A stretch of 64,000 nt of DNA from the human T2T-CHM13v2.0 reference genome, Homo sapiens. The stretch lies in NCBI RefSeq assembly GCF_009914755.1, contig NC_060925.1; one strand, given 5' to 3'. Of the stretch, positions 15,946-44,976 are shown one piece after another. The notes beneath the pieces were generated by a model. That model had not been told where the DNA came from. It was given only the letters and a program-made list of their open reading frames with translations, and did no database searches. Within the stretch, counting starts at the first letter, position 1; each line of letters begins with the position of its first letter. A program made the translations under genes and the position numbers.

Positions 15946-16206
15946 GAGGAGATAACTAACCCTAGCTGTCTCCAGTCTGACAAAGGTTATTTGAATGGAC
16001 TTAATCTCCCAGTAGTTGGGAGATGTTTTAAAAACACATGCTGTGTTTGAATTGTGGCTGAGAGGTTTTCTTGGCAATGTGAGGAGGAAATTTTTTTCTG
16101 CCTCATTATTATTAATTCATGGATTGAGTGTTGGTTCGACCTACAGGCGTAATAGATTGGAACTCAGTGAAGACACAGATGTTCCTGTTCAGAGCAACCA
16201 GCTAAT
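14765..16206 (+). other. ZC3H11A: ZC3H11A non-coding 5' UTR exon, long form; internal alternative acceptors at 15760 and 16147 (60-nt short form 16147-16206)
   Basis: Acceptor TTTTTCCTTTTTTTCATTTTAG| at 14764, TTTTTTTCTTAATAG| at 15759, CCTACAG| at 16146; donor AAT|GTAAGT at 16207. Confidence 0.7.
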
Positions 16207-16295
16207 GTAAGTGGGGAAGCAGGCATTTTTCGCATGAAAGGAGTGAACATTCTTGTCATTTAAGGCATAATTTTCATGGATCAGTAAGAAATTAA

Positions 16296-18616
<2,321 letters not shown>

Positions 18617-18617
18617 A

Positions 18618-19460
18618 GAATCAAGTTTTAGTACAAAGAAAGCATTTCCCAAGCAATGAGTCTCAAAGGAAAAAAATAGAAGAGCAATGTAATTAAACTT
18701 TCCTTCAAAGAAAGGACAGAAACGTATCTGTTACGGTAAATTTGGAAAGATCAGTATTTCATAGTCCCATAATATGTTTTACATGATGTACTTAAATGCA
18801 AATGTATGAAGCAGGGATCTGTGGCAATCCAAATTCATCCACCAGAACTCCATCCTTGTTTTTGTGACAGTGGGAACACCTTCTGGAATTGCAGGTGCAG
18901 ATGCTGGCTCATCTAAATAGAACTCTTGGTCAGCCACAAGCTCATCACCCAGTGTATCCAACTCTGCTTCTAGGTTGTCTTCATCTAATTCTGGGCCGCC
19001 ATAACTGCGACTCAGTGCTTCTTGGATTTCATTTGCATCTTCCATCATGTCCACTAGCTGGTCTTGTAAATTCTCAATCTGGTCAGTTTTCACTTGCTTG
19101 TCTACCTTCATTTCCTTTGCTCCCAGTTTCATAGCATCAACCGTGGTCTTGGTATCCTTCAATGACTGGATGGTGTAATTAACTTGTTTCATGTTGAATG
19201 ACTCTTGGGTGCGATTGTCCTGCTGCTGCTCATACATCCGCTTTTGTTTTAAAACTCGCAAGGCTTTCTGCGTAATCATATTCTTTGTAGGACCCCCTCT
19301 CATCTTGATCTGGTCCTTATACTTCACTAGCTCAGCATCCAATCTAGAAATCTTGTCAGTGGATTCTGCCCTGCTGTCCACCATGCCAATGCAGTCATTC
19401 AGGCTGGGCAGCGGAGCCTTAATTTCACTTTCCTGAAGAATCAGTTTATCTTGAGTGGCT
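18618..19460 (-). pseudogene. CHMP5: CHMP5 (ESCRT-III/Vps60) processed pseudogene
   Basis: Translation [89 protein letters not shown] is recognisably CHMP5; intronless; original start degraded (ATA AAC TGA at 19449) and late frameshift; 3' UTR-like sequence follows to ~18618. Confidence 0.92.
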
Positions 19461-19479
19461 GTAAAGGAACCCATACACC

Positions 19480-25306
<5,827 letters not shown>

Positions 25307-25307
25307 T

Positions 25308-25680
25308 AACTTTCATTTTAAATTCAGGGGTACATGTGCAGGATGTGCAGGTTTGTTACACAGGTAAATGTGTGTCGTGGGGGTTTGTTGTACAGATTAT
25401 TTCATCACCCAGGTATTAAGCCTAGTATCTATTAGTTGTTTTTCCTGATCCTCTCCCTCCTCCCACCTTCTACCTTCTGATAGGCTCCAGTGTTTGTTGT
25501 TCCCCTCTATGTGTCCAAGTGTTCTCAGCATTTAGCTCCCACTTATAAGTGAGAACATGCTGTATTTGGTTTCCTGTTTCTGCATTAGTTTGCTAAGGAT
25601 AATAGCCTCTGGCTCCATTCATGTCCCTGCAAAGGACATGATTTTGTTCCTTTTTATTGGATGCATACTATTCCATGTTT
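25308..25680 (-). mobile_element. L1P (older L1PA-type) 3' end fragment
   Basis: GGGGTACATGTGCAGG..GTTTGTTACA..CATTTAGCTCCCACTTATAAGTGAGAACATG matches reverse L1PA 3' UTR. Confidence 0.8.
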
Positions 25681-25767
25681 TGTATTTTTTTCAGACTTCT
25701 GTCTTGTTGCTTCCCATCCTCACCAGCATTTAGTGCTTTCAGTATTTTGGATTTTAGCCATTCTAAA

Positions 25768-29830
<4,063 letters not shown>

Positions 29831-30118
29831 AGTTAAAAATAAAATGTAGATCTTTAGTTAACAATGCTTATTTACAATGCTGTAACTGTGTAACAAGCAT
29901 CACAGAGAATATAAAAGAAGGGCATGGCCTTTCTAGTCAAAATTTTACATTGTAGATGGGAATGTACAGTATTCGCAATCAGTGTGTTTACAAGGCTCTG
30001 TATAAGCAAGGTTGTATTAATAAAATTTGACTCTAGCAATACGATCTCATTAGCCATGGTGATTTGAAGGAGGAAGAATTTACCTGAAATATTTTAATTC
30101 ATTGTCTCCTCATTTTAG

Positions 30119-30392
<274 letters not shown>

Positions 30393-30807
30393 TAAGTTGT
30401 TTTTATTATATATATATTTTTTGCCCAACTTTATTATTGGCTGTCAGTTTTTTAAAGGATAATGTATTTAGGGTAATTCAGTGTTTTTTTCTTTTCATTT
30501 TATATATAACTAATTTTCCCATCTTGTACAAAAGTGAAAAGGCACGTGGCATGTAGTCATCATTCAGTGTTCAAAATTAATCTGTTCAGGGTGCCTTTGG
30601 AAATGGGGCCACTTTGACCTATGCCTTACTAACTTTGATTTTATATACTTCATATTAAATGAGTGAGTGAATAGTTAGTGAATTGTGTTGTACTTCCAGA
30701 AACTGTCATGGGTTGAATTTGACTTCTTTCTTCTCCCAGATTTCCTGCTGAGTACTAAGAATATAGAGTCATCATACTAAATATGCTTTTGCAGTTTTTT
30801 GGCTTAA

Positions 30808-31236
<429 letters not shown>

Positions 31237-31681
31237 GTGATATTATGTTTTAAATGATGAGTTTTGAACAAAGCTGTGATAATTTTATCTTACCTATAGC
31301 AGTTTGCACAACAGTAGCGTTTTATTTCAGATATTACCGTTGCATAAAGTATGCAGTGGAGCACAGTTATATTGTATATATGTTAATTATATTTAAATTC
31401 TATTTACTTTCTGATTTTCCATCAAAAGCTAGAGTTACACAAGGCGAGATGTCAGTTTTGAAGATGAACTGTAAAATACATTTTTAAAGAGGACCTAACA
31501 CTCCTACTTGTCTTTTTCAACTCTTTTTTTCAGCTTGTGTCACTCATGCCAGATCAAACGAAGGGTACTGTCAAGAAATAGGTTATAGGAAATAATTTGT
31601 TGCTCTTGGTTTGTTCCTGTCATTCCATGTCCATTGTTTTTTACCTTACCAGTCCTTTCTTACTCATTTGTGCTTGTCTAA

Positions 31682-31906
<225 letters not shown>

Positions 31907-31999
31907 TAATAAGTAGTCTGGAGACCTGGTGGGCCAATAAAAAATATAGGGACAAAAGTGACTTTTAAAAAATATATTAAGGCTGAGTGCAGTGGCTCA

Positions 32000-32528
<529 letters not shown>

Positions 32529-32709
32529 TGAGTAGCTGGGATTACAGGCACCTGCCACCATGGCCTGCTAATTTTTGTATTTTTAGTAGAGACGGGGTTT
32601 TACCACGCAGGCCAGGCTGGGCTCGAACTCCTGACTTCAGGTGATTTACCCACTTTGGCCTCTGAAAGTGCTGGGATTACATGCGTGAGCCACCGTGCCC
32701 AGCTGACTC

Positions 32710-32747
<38 letters not shown>

Positions 32748-33645
32748 AGACAGAGTTTTGCTCTTGTTGCCCAGGCTGGAGTGTAATAGCATGGGCTCAG
32801 CTTAGTGCAACCTCCACCTCCCTAGTTCAAGCGGTTCTCCTGCCTCAGCCTCCCGAGTAGCTAGAATTACAGGCATGCACTACCATGCCTGGCTAATTCT
32901 GTATTTTTAGTAGAGATGGGGTTTTGCCATGCTGGTCAGGCTGGTCTCGAACTCCTGATCTCTGGTGATCCACTTGCCTCGGCCTCCCAAAGTGCTGGGA
33001 TTACAGGCATGAGCCACCGCGCCCAGCCGACTCCAGCAATTTTTTTAAAAAGATTAACATTGATATATTACCATCGTTTAATCCTTTGATCTCACTCAAA
33101 TTTTGCCAGTTTTATTTTAATATCTTTTATTTTAGAAAGAGCAAGTCCAGGCTGGGCGCAGTGGCTCACGCCTGTAATCCCAGCACTTTACTAGGCTGAG
33201 GCGGGTGAATCATGAGATCAGGAGTTCGAGACCAGCCTGACCAACATGGTGAAAGCCCATCTCTACTAAAAATATAAAAATTAGTTGGGTGTGGTGGCAC
33301 GCGTCTGTAATCCCAGCTATTCAGGAGGCTGAAGCAGGAGAATCGCTTGAACCTGGGAGGCGGAGGTTGCACTGAGCTGAGATTGCGCCACTCCATTCTG
33401 GCCTGGGTGACAGGGCGAGACTCCATCTCAAGAAAAAAAAAAAAAAAGCCCAAATTCAAGTGTTGCACATAGTTGTCACGACTAGTTTTGTCTCCTTCTG
33501 TTGAGAGCAGTTGCTCAGTCCTGCCTTGCGTTTCATTGCCCTTAACACTTATGGTAGCTATAGGGAAATTGTTTTTAAGAATGTTCTTCAATTTGGGTTT
33601 GTTTGTATTCCCCCTCATTACTAAATTAAGATTATATAGCTTTAG

Positions 33646-33879
<234 letters not shown>

Positions 33880-34234
33880 TAGTAGACACGAGGTTTCGCG
33901 ATGTTGGCCAGGCTGGTCTCGAATTGTTGGCCTCAAGTTATTCACCTGCCTCAGCCTCCCAGAGTGCTGAGATTACAGGTGTGAGCCACGCCCGGCGAAT
34001 GGTATTTTTGTTGCATATCATCCCGTGGCACACAGTTTTAATTTTCTCATTACTGGTGATGTTAACTTTGATCACTCAATTAAGATGGTATCTGCCAGAT
34101 TGCTTCATTATAAAGGCTTTCTTTTTGTAATTAATAAATATTTTGTGGAGAGGTACTTTTAGACCCTTTACCCCGTTTCTCATCAGACTTCAACTTTTTC
34201 CCCGTTATTGATGTGAATTAATGCAAACTTGTGG

Positions 34235-34601
34235 TGATACGTTTGGCTCTGTATCCTCACCTGAATCTCACCTCTATCGTAATCCCCATGTGTTAAGGGA
34301 GGGACCTGATGGGAGGTGATTGGATCATGGGGGCGGTTTCCCCCACGCTATTCTCATGATAGTGAGTGCGTTCTCGTGAGATCTGATGGTTTAAAAGTGT
34401 GGGACTCCCTTTGCTCGCGCTCTCTTGCTGCCATGTAAGACTTGTTTGTGTCTTGCGTCCTGTTCACCTCCTGCCATAATTATAAGTTTCCTGAAGCCTC
34501 CCCAGCCATGCAGAACTGTGAGTTAGTTAAACCTTTTTTTTTTAAATAAATTTCCCAGTCTCAGATAGTTCTTTATAGCAATGTGAAAATGGACTAATAC
34601 A
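34235..34601 (+). mobile_element. MaLR solo LTR (THE1D/MSTA-like)
   Basis: TG...CA termini (TGATACGTTTGGCTCTGT ... GGACTAATACA) with perfect 5-bp TSD TGTGG (34230-34234, 34602-34606). Confidence 0.9.
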
Positions 34602-34925
34602 TGTGGTTTTCTATTTTAATCAGTGTGTCGTACTCTGTTACTATCATTACTTTTATGCTCTGATTGACCCAGATTTGGCAAGTAGGAGCCTTTCAAACTG
34701 ATTTTTGTGTTCTTTTGATGTTTCCATCATTCTTTGAGCATCTCTGCTTTTTGGCCTGACAAGATTTTCCAGGCTCATCCTGTACTTTTCCTACTTCAGC
34801 CCTGTATTCGGCCATTTATCCAAGGTGCCCTGGTTTCTTTTAGTGAATAATGGTATATAGAAGTTAAGATTTGGGCTGCTCCTAGAGTGTCATCACTTTC
34901 AGGTCCTCTCAGTGGACAGAGCTGA

Positions 34926-35277
<352 letters not shown>

Positions 35278-36364
35278 CTATGTATTTAATAATAGATACA
35301 TAGTATTACAAATTATGAGTTCATATAGATGCTTCCAGTTCATCAGTGCCACAGGACTTAGTCTAGACTTCTCCTTTTCCATACCTGTAACTCTTCTCCA
35401 GAAGTGAGAAACTTGGTTTTCATTGTTCATAATACTTTTATTTATTTGATCAGTCTACTAGTATAAAAACCAATATTGTGTCACAGCTTTTTCCTTCCTC
35501 TCAGGCTCTGACATGACACACACAGCTTCTCCACAAGGACACCTTTCTCACCATGTTTCAACTCTAGTACTCTGTGCTAAGCCTCCCTGCTTGCTTTACC
35601 ATAGGGACCTCTTTCTCACCCTGCTTGGACCCCAACATCCTACTTTTGACCCCCAACACGATCCCTATAATGGATACTGTTTTCACACCTTTGGGCTGTG
35701 ATACTTTGTGCTGAGCGGCCCTCACATGTGAGATGCTGTCCTGACCCTGCGCACATACTCCAACTCTGTACCAGGTTCCCTTGGGAATACCCTGCCTTCC
35801 TCACCCCACTTGGTCTTTGATGCCATTCTAGACTGACCCTACATGAGTATATATTCTTCATCCTACATTGTGATCTCTTCTGCACAGAGACATTGCTAAC
35901 CCTGCTCAGGCTCAACACTTGTCAGGGTACCCTTTCATGCACATGTCCTCTTAACCCTCCAACCCTCCGTGGGTTCCAACACCCTATGCCAGTTCCACAT
36001 GGTCATGTGGATACCTTCCTATTCTCAGTCAGACTCCAATACCCTGCTCTGGGCCACCATGTCCTTCCCTTCTCCCATCTGAATGCCTGTCTCCCTCAAC
36101 CCCATCTAATGACTTTGGACTGAATTGTTAGAGTGAGACTAAATATGCAGTTCATGTGCCTGGGGTCAGCTACTCCAGTCTGGTTTTGTATTTCTTGTCT
36201 CTTAACTACATTCTAAGCTACCTATCTTGCAAATAGCAGCAGATATCAAATAAATTGATAAAGGAGTACTCTGCAACTTTTATATTTTATGTTATAACAT
36301 GAAAAGTCATGTTGTAACATTTTTAGTGGAGTGTATATTGGCACAGCTCCTATGGAGGGTATGG

Positions 36365-36896
36365 CAGTGTCTCCAGGAGCATCTCTTCATTTAGAGATTC
36401 TCTAGGATGTATTCAGAGTTGAGATTTATTGCAGCAATAGAGTAAAGACACTGTCAGATCATAAGAGAAAAAGACACTGGAGGAATCTGGAAGAATCCGT
36501 GTGCCTGTTTTTTTATGCCCACTCCCTTTAGGGGTGACACAGAGCACACTCTTTTCCTAGTCATGAAAATGCAGCAATGCATGTGTGGTATTCCTGCCCA
36601 GGGAAATCCATTAGAGACTCAGCATCCAGGATTTTCATTGGTGCTAGCCATATAAGCACTCTTTACCAAACATGTACCCAAATTCCAGACTCCCAGAAGG
36701 AAGGCAGATGTTCAGCATTAACCATATTGTTTGTACAAACAGTCTAGGCATACTGAGCCTTCTCCCTTCCCCACTTACCAATTAACTTGGAGCGTCTAAA
36801 AGCCAAGGTCCCAGATGCTAGCCAAGAGCAAGCCTTGCAAGCAGGCATTTCTAAGGACAGTAGTCTAAGAGCTGCTATGCTAACTCTTTTCTGCAC
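36365..36896. mobile_element. MER21-like ERV LTR fragment
   Basis: AATTCCAGACTCCCAGAAGGAAGGCAG..AACCATATTGTTTGTACAAACAG..GCTATGCTAACTCTTTTCTGCAC resembles recalled MER21. Confidence 0.6.
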
Positions 36897-37207
36897 TGAG
36901 GCTTATTGGCTGTATTGCTTGAAAGAACTAAATACTTATACTTTTTACACATAGGTATTTACCTGCAAAATAAGATGTGTGCAGAATTGCTTATTGTAGC
37001 AATTTGTAATAGTAAAATACTGGAAATAACCTAACTATCCTTCATTTAAAATAAGGTTTTACTACATTCATACTGTAGAGTGCCAGGTAGCTGTTAACAA
37101 AAAATTTTAAAGGGGAAACTAATTTATTGATACGGAAATAATCAGGATATATTGTCAAGTGAAAAACCTAAGGTGAAGAGCAAGGTGGGTTAAAAAAAGG
37201 AGAGGGA

Positions 37208-37511
37208 AGCCGGGCGCCGTGGCTCATGCCTGTAATCTCAGCACTTTGGGAGGCTGAGGCGGCTGGATCACCTGAGGTCAGGAGTTTGAGACCAGCTGGC
37301 CAACACCGTGAAACCCCGTCTCTACTCAAATTACAAAAATTAGTCGGGCGTGGTGACGCAGCCATGTAGTCCCAGCTACTCAGGAGGTTGAGGCAGGAGA
37401 ATCGCTTGAACCTGGGAGGTGGAGATTGCAGTGAGCCGAGATTACACCACTGTACTCCAGCCTGGGCTACACAGTAAGACTCCCATCTCAAAATTAAAAA
37501 AAAAAAAAAAA
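37208..37511 (+). mobile_element. AluS
   Basis: Alu consensus with A-tail. Confidence 0.85.
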
Positions 37512-37656
37512 GAGGGAAAATAATTTATATTTGTTTTTCACTTGCATATGAATTTTAAAAATCTCTGGAAGTATAAAGGTGAAACTTAACAACAGTGGCT
37601 ATGGGAAGGTGTCAGGGATGAGAAGGAGTCTTTTTATCATGTACCCCTTCTGTGTG

Positions 37657-38561
<905 letters not shown>

Positions 38562-38641
38562 TTTTATCTTTGGATCATGTGCTGTATTACTGTTAAAAAT
38601 GTGAAGACATAATTATGTAGGAGAAATATTACTGTGGAGGA

Positions 38642-38935
38642 TTTTTTTTTTTTTTTTTTTTTTTGAGGTGGAGTCTCACTCTGTCACCCAGGCTGGAGTG
38701 CAGTGGCTCCATCTTGGCTCACTGAAACCTCCACCTCCCGGGTTCAAGTGATTCTCCTGTCTCAGCCTCCCGCATAGCTGGGACTACAGGCGCCCTCCAC
38801 CATGCCCAGCTAATTTTTGTATTTTTTAGTAGAGACGGGGTTTCACCATATTGGTCAGGCTCCTGACCTCAGGTGATCAACCCACCTTGGCCTCCCAAAG
38901 TGTTGAGATTACAGGCGTGAGCCACCACGCCTGGC
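38642..38935 (-). mobile_element. AluS
   Basis: Alu consensus; TSD TGTGGAGGAT. Confidence 0.85.
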
Positions 38936-39446
38936 ATGTGGAGGATATTACTAAGGAAAAATGTACAGAATTACATGGAATACCTTTCTTTTTAGTATGC
39001 ATATAGTCACTTGTGATTTTTTTTTTACAAGTAAAAACTCATACCAAAATAAGTGATTCTCTGGGTAATAGCATAATTGGCATTTATTTCCATTTTCCAA
39101 GTTGTCTTCGTTGCACATATATTACTTTTCAATTAGAAACAAAATCTAGCAAATGTATTAAACAGATCAAATAAATGTCATGTGACTTCTGTGTATAGAA
39201 GATACTGTTAGAGAAGTCATTCAGTAATTTGAAAATTGCTTCCAGGAAAGATGTAAAATTTAAGCAAAGGTAGGCTTAGGAACAAGGAAGATTGGCATTA
39301 GGTTCTGCCTTGAGAAAGGAAGAATTGAATAATTGTTATTCCTGTCTAAAAAACAGTGGTAGCTATTACATCTACCTTTCGGGTGTGACAGAGGACTAAT
39401 AAATTCTTCCTAGTTCTTTGAAAGTAACGGTATTTGCTGTACTTTT

Positions 39447-39515
39447 ATTTTTACTTTATTTTTACTGCTCCTTGTGGAGCAGGGCCACTCTATAGGTAGT
39501 GTGCCCACAGTAGCC
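39447..39515 (-). mobile_element. Very short retroposed element (52-nt body + A-rich tail, 9-bp TSD)
   Basis: Body GGCTACTGTGGGCACACTACCTATAGAGTGGCCCTGCTCCACAAGGAGCAGT, tail AAAAATAAAGTAAAAAT, TSD TRTACTTTT, TTTT/AA nick site. Confidence 0.7.
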
Positions 39516-40610
39516 TATACTTTTAAAAAATATTATCCTTTTAGAAAATATCAATAATATTAAAATTAATAAATAAATATTGATTAATAATAATTAATTC
39601 TTTTTAAAAATTATACTTTAAAAATATTAATAGGTAATTATGCATATGACATAAACTTAGAACATAGTTTTAAAAAACTGATTTTGCCAAATCACCTTTC
39701 AGAGATGTGGAGCAAATTTACATTTCCATTATGTGTTTGAGACTGCCTGATTCTTCCACGTCCCTGAAAACAGTGTATAATTGAATTTTATCACTCTCTC
39801 AATATAGTAGATTTTGACCTTTGCCCTTTTTGATACATTTAAGCATCTTTTTGTAATGGTTATTGTTTCTCTGTCTCTCTTCTCCATATTCTTAAATTTC
39901 AATGCTGGTGTTTTTTCCTGGAATTTTAAACCATAGGCTGTTTATGATGATTAGAGATTCGACATAATGCAGTTCATCGGAGGTTAGTTAGTTTTTGGGA
40001 GTACTTCTCATATCTTTTTTCCCCCTTTTTTGAACTATTAAAATGTATCTAGAAAAGTGCAAAATCGTAATCTTACAACTTGAAGAATTTTCATAGAGTG
40101 ATTATACTTACTTGATCAGCACCTAGTTCAAGAAATAGAGTATTAGCAGTAATCTATCTTCCCCTTCATCCCCTTGTTACTAACCACATCCCCAAAGCTG
40201 ATCAGCATCCCAACTACTCTACCATGGAGAAGTTTTGACTGTTTTCATCTTTTCATAAATGGAATGGTATAGTATGCACTCTTGTGTCTGGCTTCTTTCA
40301 TTTCACATCTGTGGCATTGAGTATAGCAATGGTTTATTCCTTCTCATTACTAGATGATATTCTGTTGTACGAATACTTTACAGTTTCTTTATCCATTCTA
40401 GTATTGATGTACACATGGGTTTGCAAAATTATAGAGCTATTGAAAATAATATTGCTGTGAACATTGCTTATACACAGCTGTTGGAGAACTAATGTATATA
40501 TTTTTCTAGGACATACATCCTATGATTCAGCAGTTTATTCTATTCTAGATGCACAGGTATTCTTTTTTTTTTTTTTTCTCCCAATTTTCCTTTATAAAAG
40601 TAAGGTGACT

Positions 40611-40962
<352 letters not shown>

Positions 40963-41459
40963 TTACTTTGAGAATTCATGAATGGGAAGAATTTTCTCAA
41001 ACCCTTGAACTCTCAGCTTCAAGTAATAACTGCAGTTTATTGAGTTTGACCTATGTGCTTAGTGCTTTATATACATTATTTTATGTACTCTTCATAAGAA
41101 ACCATTTATTCCCGTTTTATAGCTAAGGAAAGTGAGGCTTAGAGGCATGAATTATCCAAGGCCACCTGGCCAATAAGTAACATAATAGAGATTCAGACGG
41201 TTATCTTTGATTTCATAAACTTAAACTACTGTATCATCCTGCTTCTCTAAATTAAGTGTAGACATTTTAGGGGTTCCAGGATGAGGGTAAAAAGGGAAAG
41301 AATAACATAAACTACTCTCCTGCTCCATTCAGCTCTCCATCATGCCTAAGTTATGTTATTTTCAGCAATCTCTCTTCCTTCTAAAAATCATCTCATCTCA
41401 CATGCCTCGGATTTTTGAGCCCTGTATGAACTTTGTCTAGAAAACAAACTGCCACATGA

Positions 41460-41648
<189 letters not shown>

Positions 41649-41917
41649 TAATTTTAAAAGAATATCAAATGAACACCTATTATGCACACTGTACAACAGT
41701 ACTTTTCAGACATTGACTCCTTTCAGTCTTGTGAAACAGCAGAATTATTTCCACTTTACAGATAAGTGAACTGAATCTTATTAAGGTTAAATGATTTATC
41801 CTTGGCCTTAGAACCATTATATATCTTGGCATGCCATTTAAGTTATTATACTTACTTCATTTCTCATATTCTTATCAGACCCATAAACGTTTTCAAAATA
41901 AATTTGATTTTCTAGGT

Positions 41918-42115
41918 CAAAGGTTGGCAAAACTGGTCCTCTGCCTGTTTTGTAAAATAAGTTTTATTGGAATATAGCCTTGCCCATTCATTTACATATT
42001 TTCTATTATCAGTTTTGTGCTAGTGCTATAGAATTGAGTAGTTGAGACAGAAACCATATGGCCCACAAAGCCTAAATTATTAACTGGCTCTTTACAGAAA
42101 ATATTTGCCAACCCT
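41918..42115. mobile_element. hAT-Charlie MITE (MER58A-like)
   Basis: TIR-like GGTTGGCAAA...TTTGCCAACC; internal TTTTATTGGAA..AGTAGTTG.GACAGA..ATATGGCCCACAAAGCC. Confidence 0.7.
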
Positions 42116-42637
42116 ACTCTAGACTATAATCTAAAATAAAACTAAAAAGCTAGTAGTTATTCCCAAAGTTCATTTTAAAGTAATTTAAAAGTGGAATTGG
42201 CCATTTAAAAGCCACAGTTGCTACATGATTAAAATTTGATGGCTACATCTTTTTACCTCAATTTAAGGGAAAAAAGTAGACTTATTCCTTTCTGGTTTGG
42301 TTCAAGTAAGTGTCATATGCTTGGGTCTTAGAAGCTACTTCTTTGCTGAGCAAAAAGCCTAGAATTGCAGTATTAAAATTAAAGGTCTAGAATTTGTGAA
42401 CAGGTACTATGCTTCTTCTAGTCTTCTGTTTATTCTGTTTTGAGTGCCCACTTTGTGTTTATGTACAGTGGAGAGTTAGTGGAGAGTTAATTAGGTAAAA
42501 GCACATCTTTTCCCTCCCTGGGACTTTAGAACTTAAATGAGGAAATTTAGTATAAATGCTCATAAGACAAATACACTATAGTTTTCATAGGTGGTCAGGA
42601 ATTTTTGGTAAGTTGGGGTTGTATCTTCTGTTTTTAA

Positions 42638-42913
<276 letters not shown>

Positions 42914-42984
42914 TAGTGAATTGGGCAGAATCAGGATTAAAGCTATAGGCGTATTTTTAATTGTGAATTTGCCTTAAATGTTGA

Positions 42985-43137
<153 letters not shown>

Positions 43138-43279
43138 TAGCACTGTTGAAACTACCTTTGAAATTTAGTTCACAATCATTGACCTCCCTCTTCTTTTTCC
43201 CATGCTACACGCATACTTACCTATACTTAGTTTCTGTTGATCATTTATTCAAAAATAAATGCCTGCTATGTACAGATAA

Positions 43280-43552
<273 letters not shown>

Positions 43553-43742
43553 TAAATTGTGGTTGCTTTTAATTCACTGCAGCTGTGTTTCAGTCCCTAA
43601 CTTTTCAGAGCTGGGTACAATAAAGAATCTGAAAGAACTTGTATATCTTGAAAAATATAGCTCTGAAGAACATCATATAAGAACTATATTAATTCTGTAA
43701 GTTCTTATAGTGGTTAAAAAGAAATTATATTAAGAGAGGAAA

Positions 43743-44395
<653 letters not shown>

Positions 44396-44799
44396 CCCCA
44401 GCCTTAAAATTTATAGTGTGAAGTGTAGTATATATAGAGAGAAATGGTTCTAAAAACCTTCTTTTAAGGCTTGCTTTATAGCAACCTTGGAGTTATGTTT
44501 TCAGATGATTAAATAGAATAGGTTGGATTGATACACCTGATGGCTAGTGTACCTCTGAGGTTAATTTTAGAATAATACTAGCTTTATTGGTAAATATTAG
44601 CCTTATTGGTAAATAAAAGTAGTTTGGGTGCCTAAGTCACTCAAAATAATTTTATATTTTGTTTTCACATCATGCCCAAGGCTCCCCTCACCACTACTCC
44701 ATTTGACTGTAGGCAAACAGATACAGAAAGGCTGATTGGCTTATAGTCATAATATCAGTCTGTATTGGACTTAACTGGTTACAGAAACAAATTTTTTGA

Positions 44800-44976
<177 letters not shown>

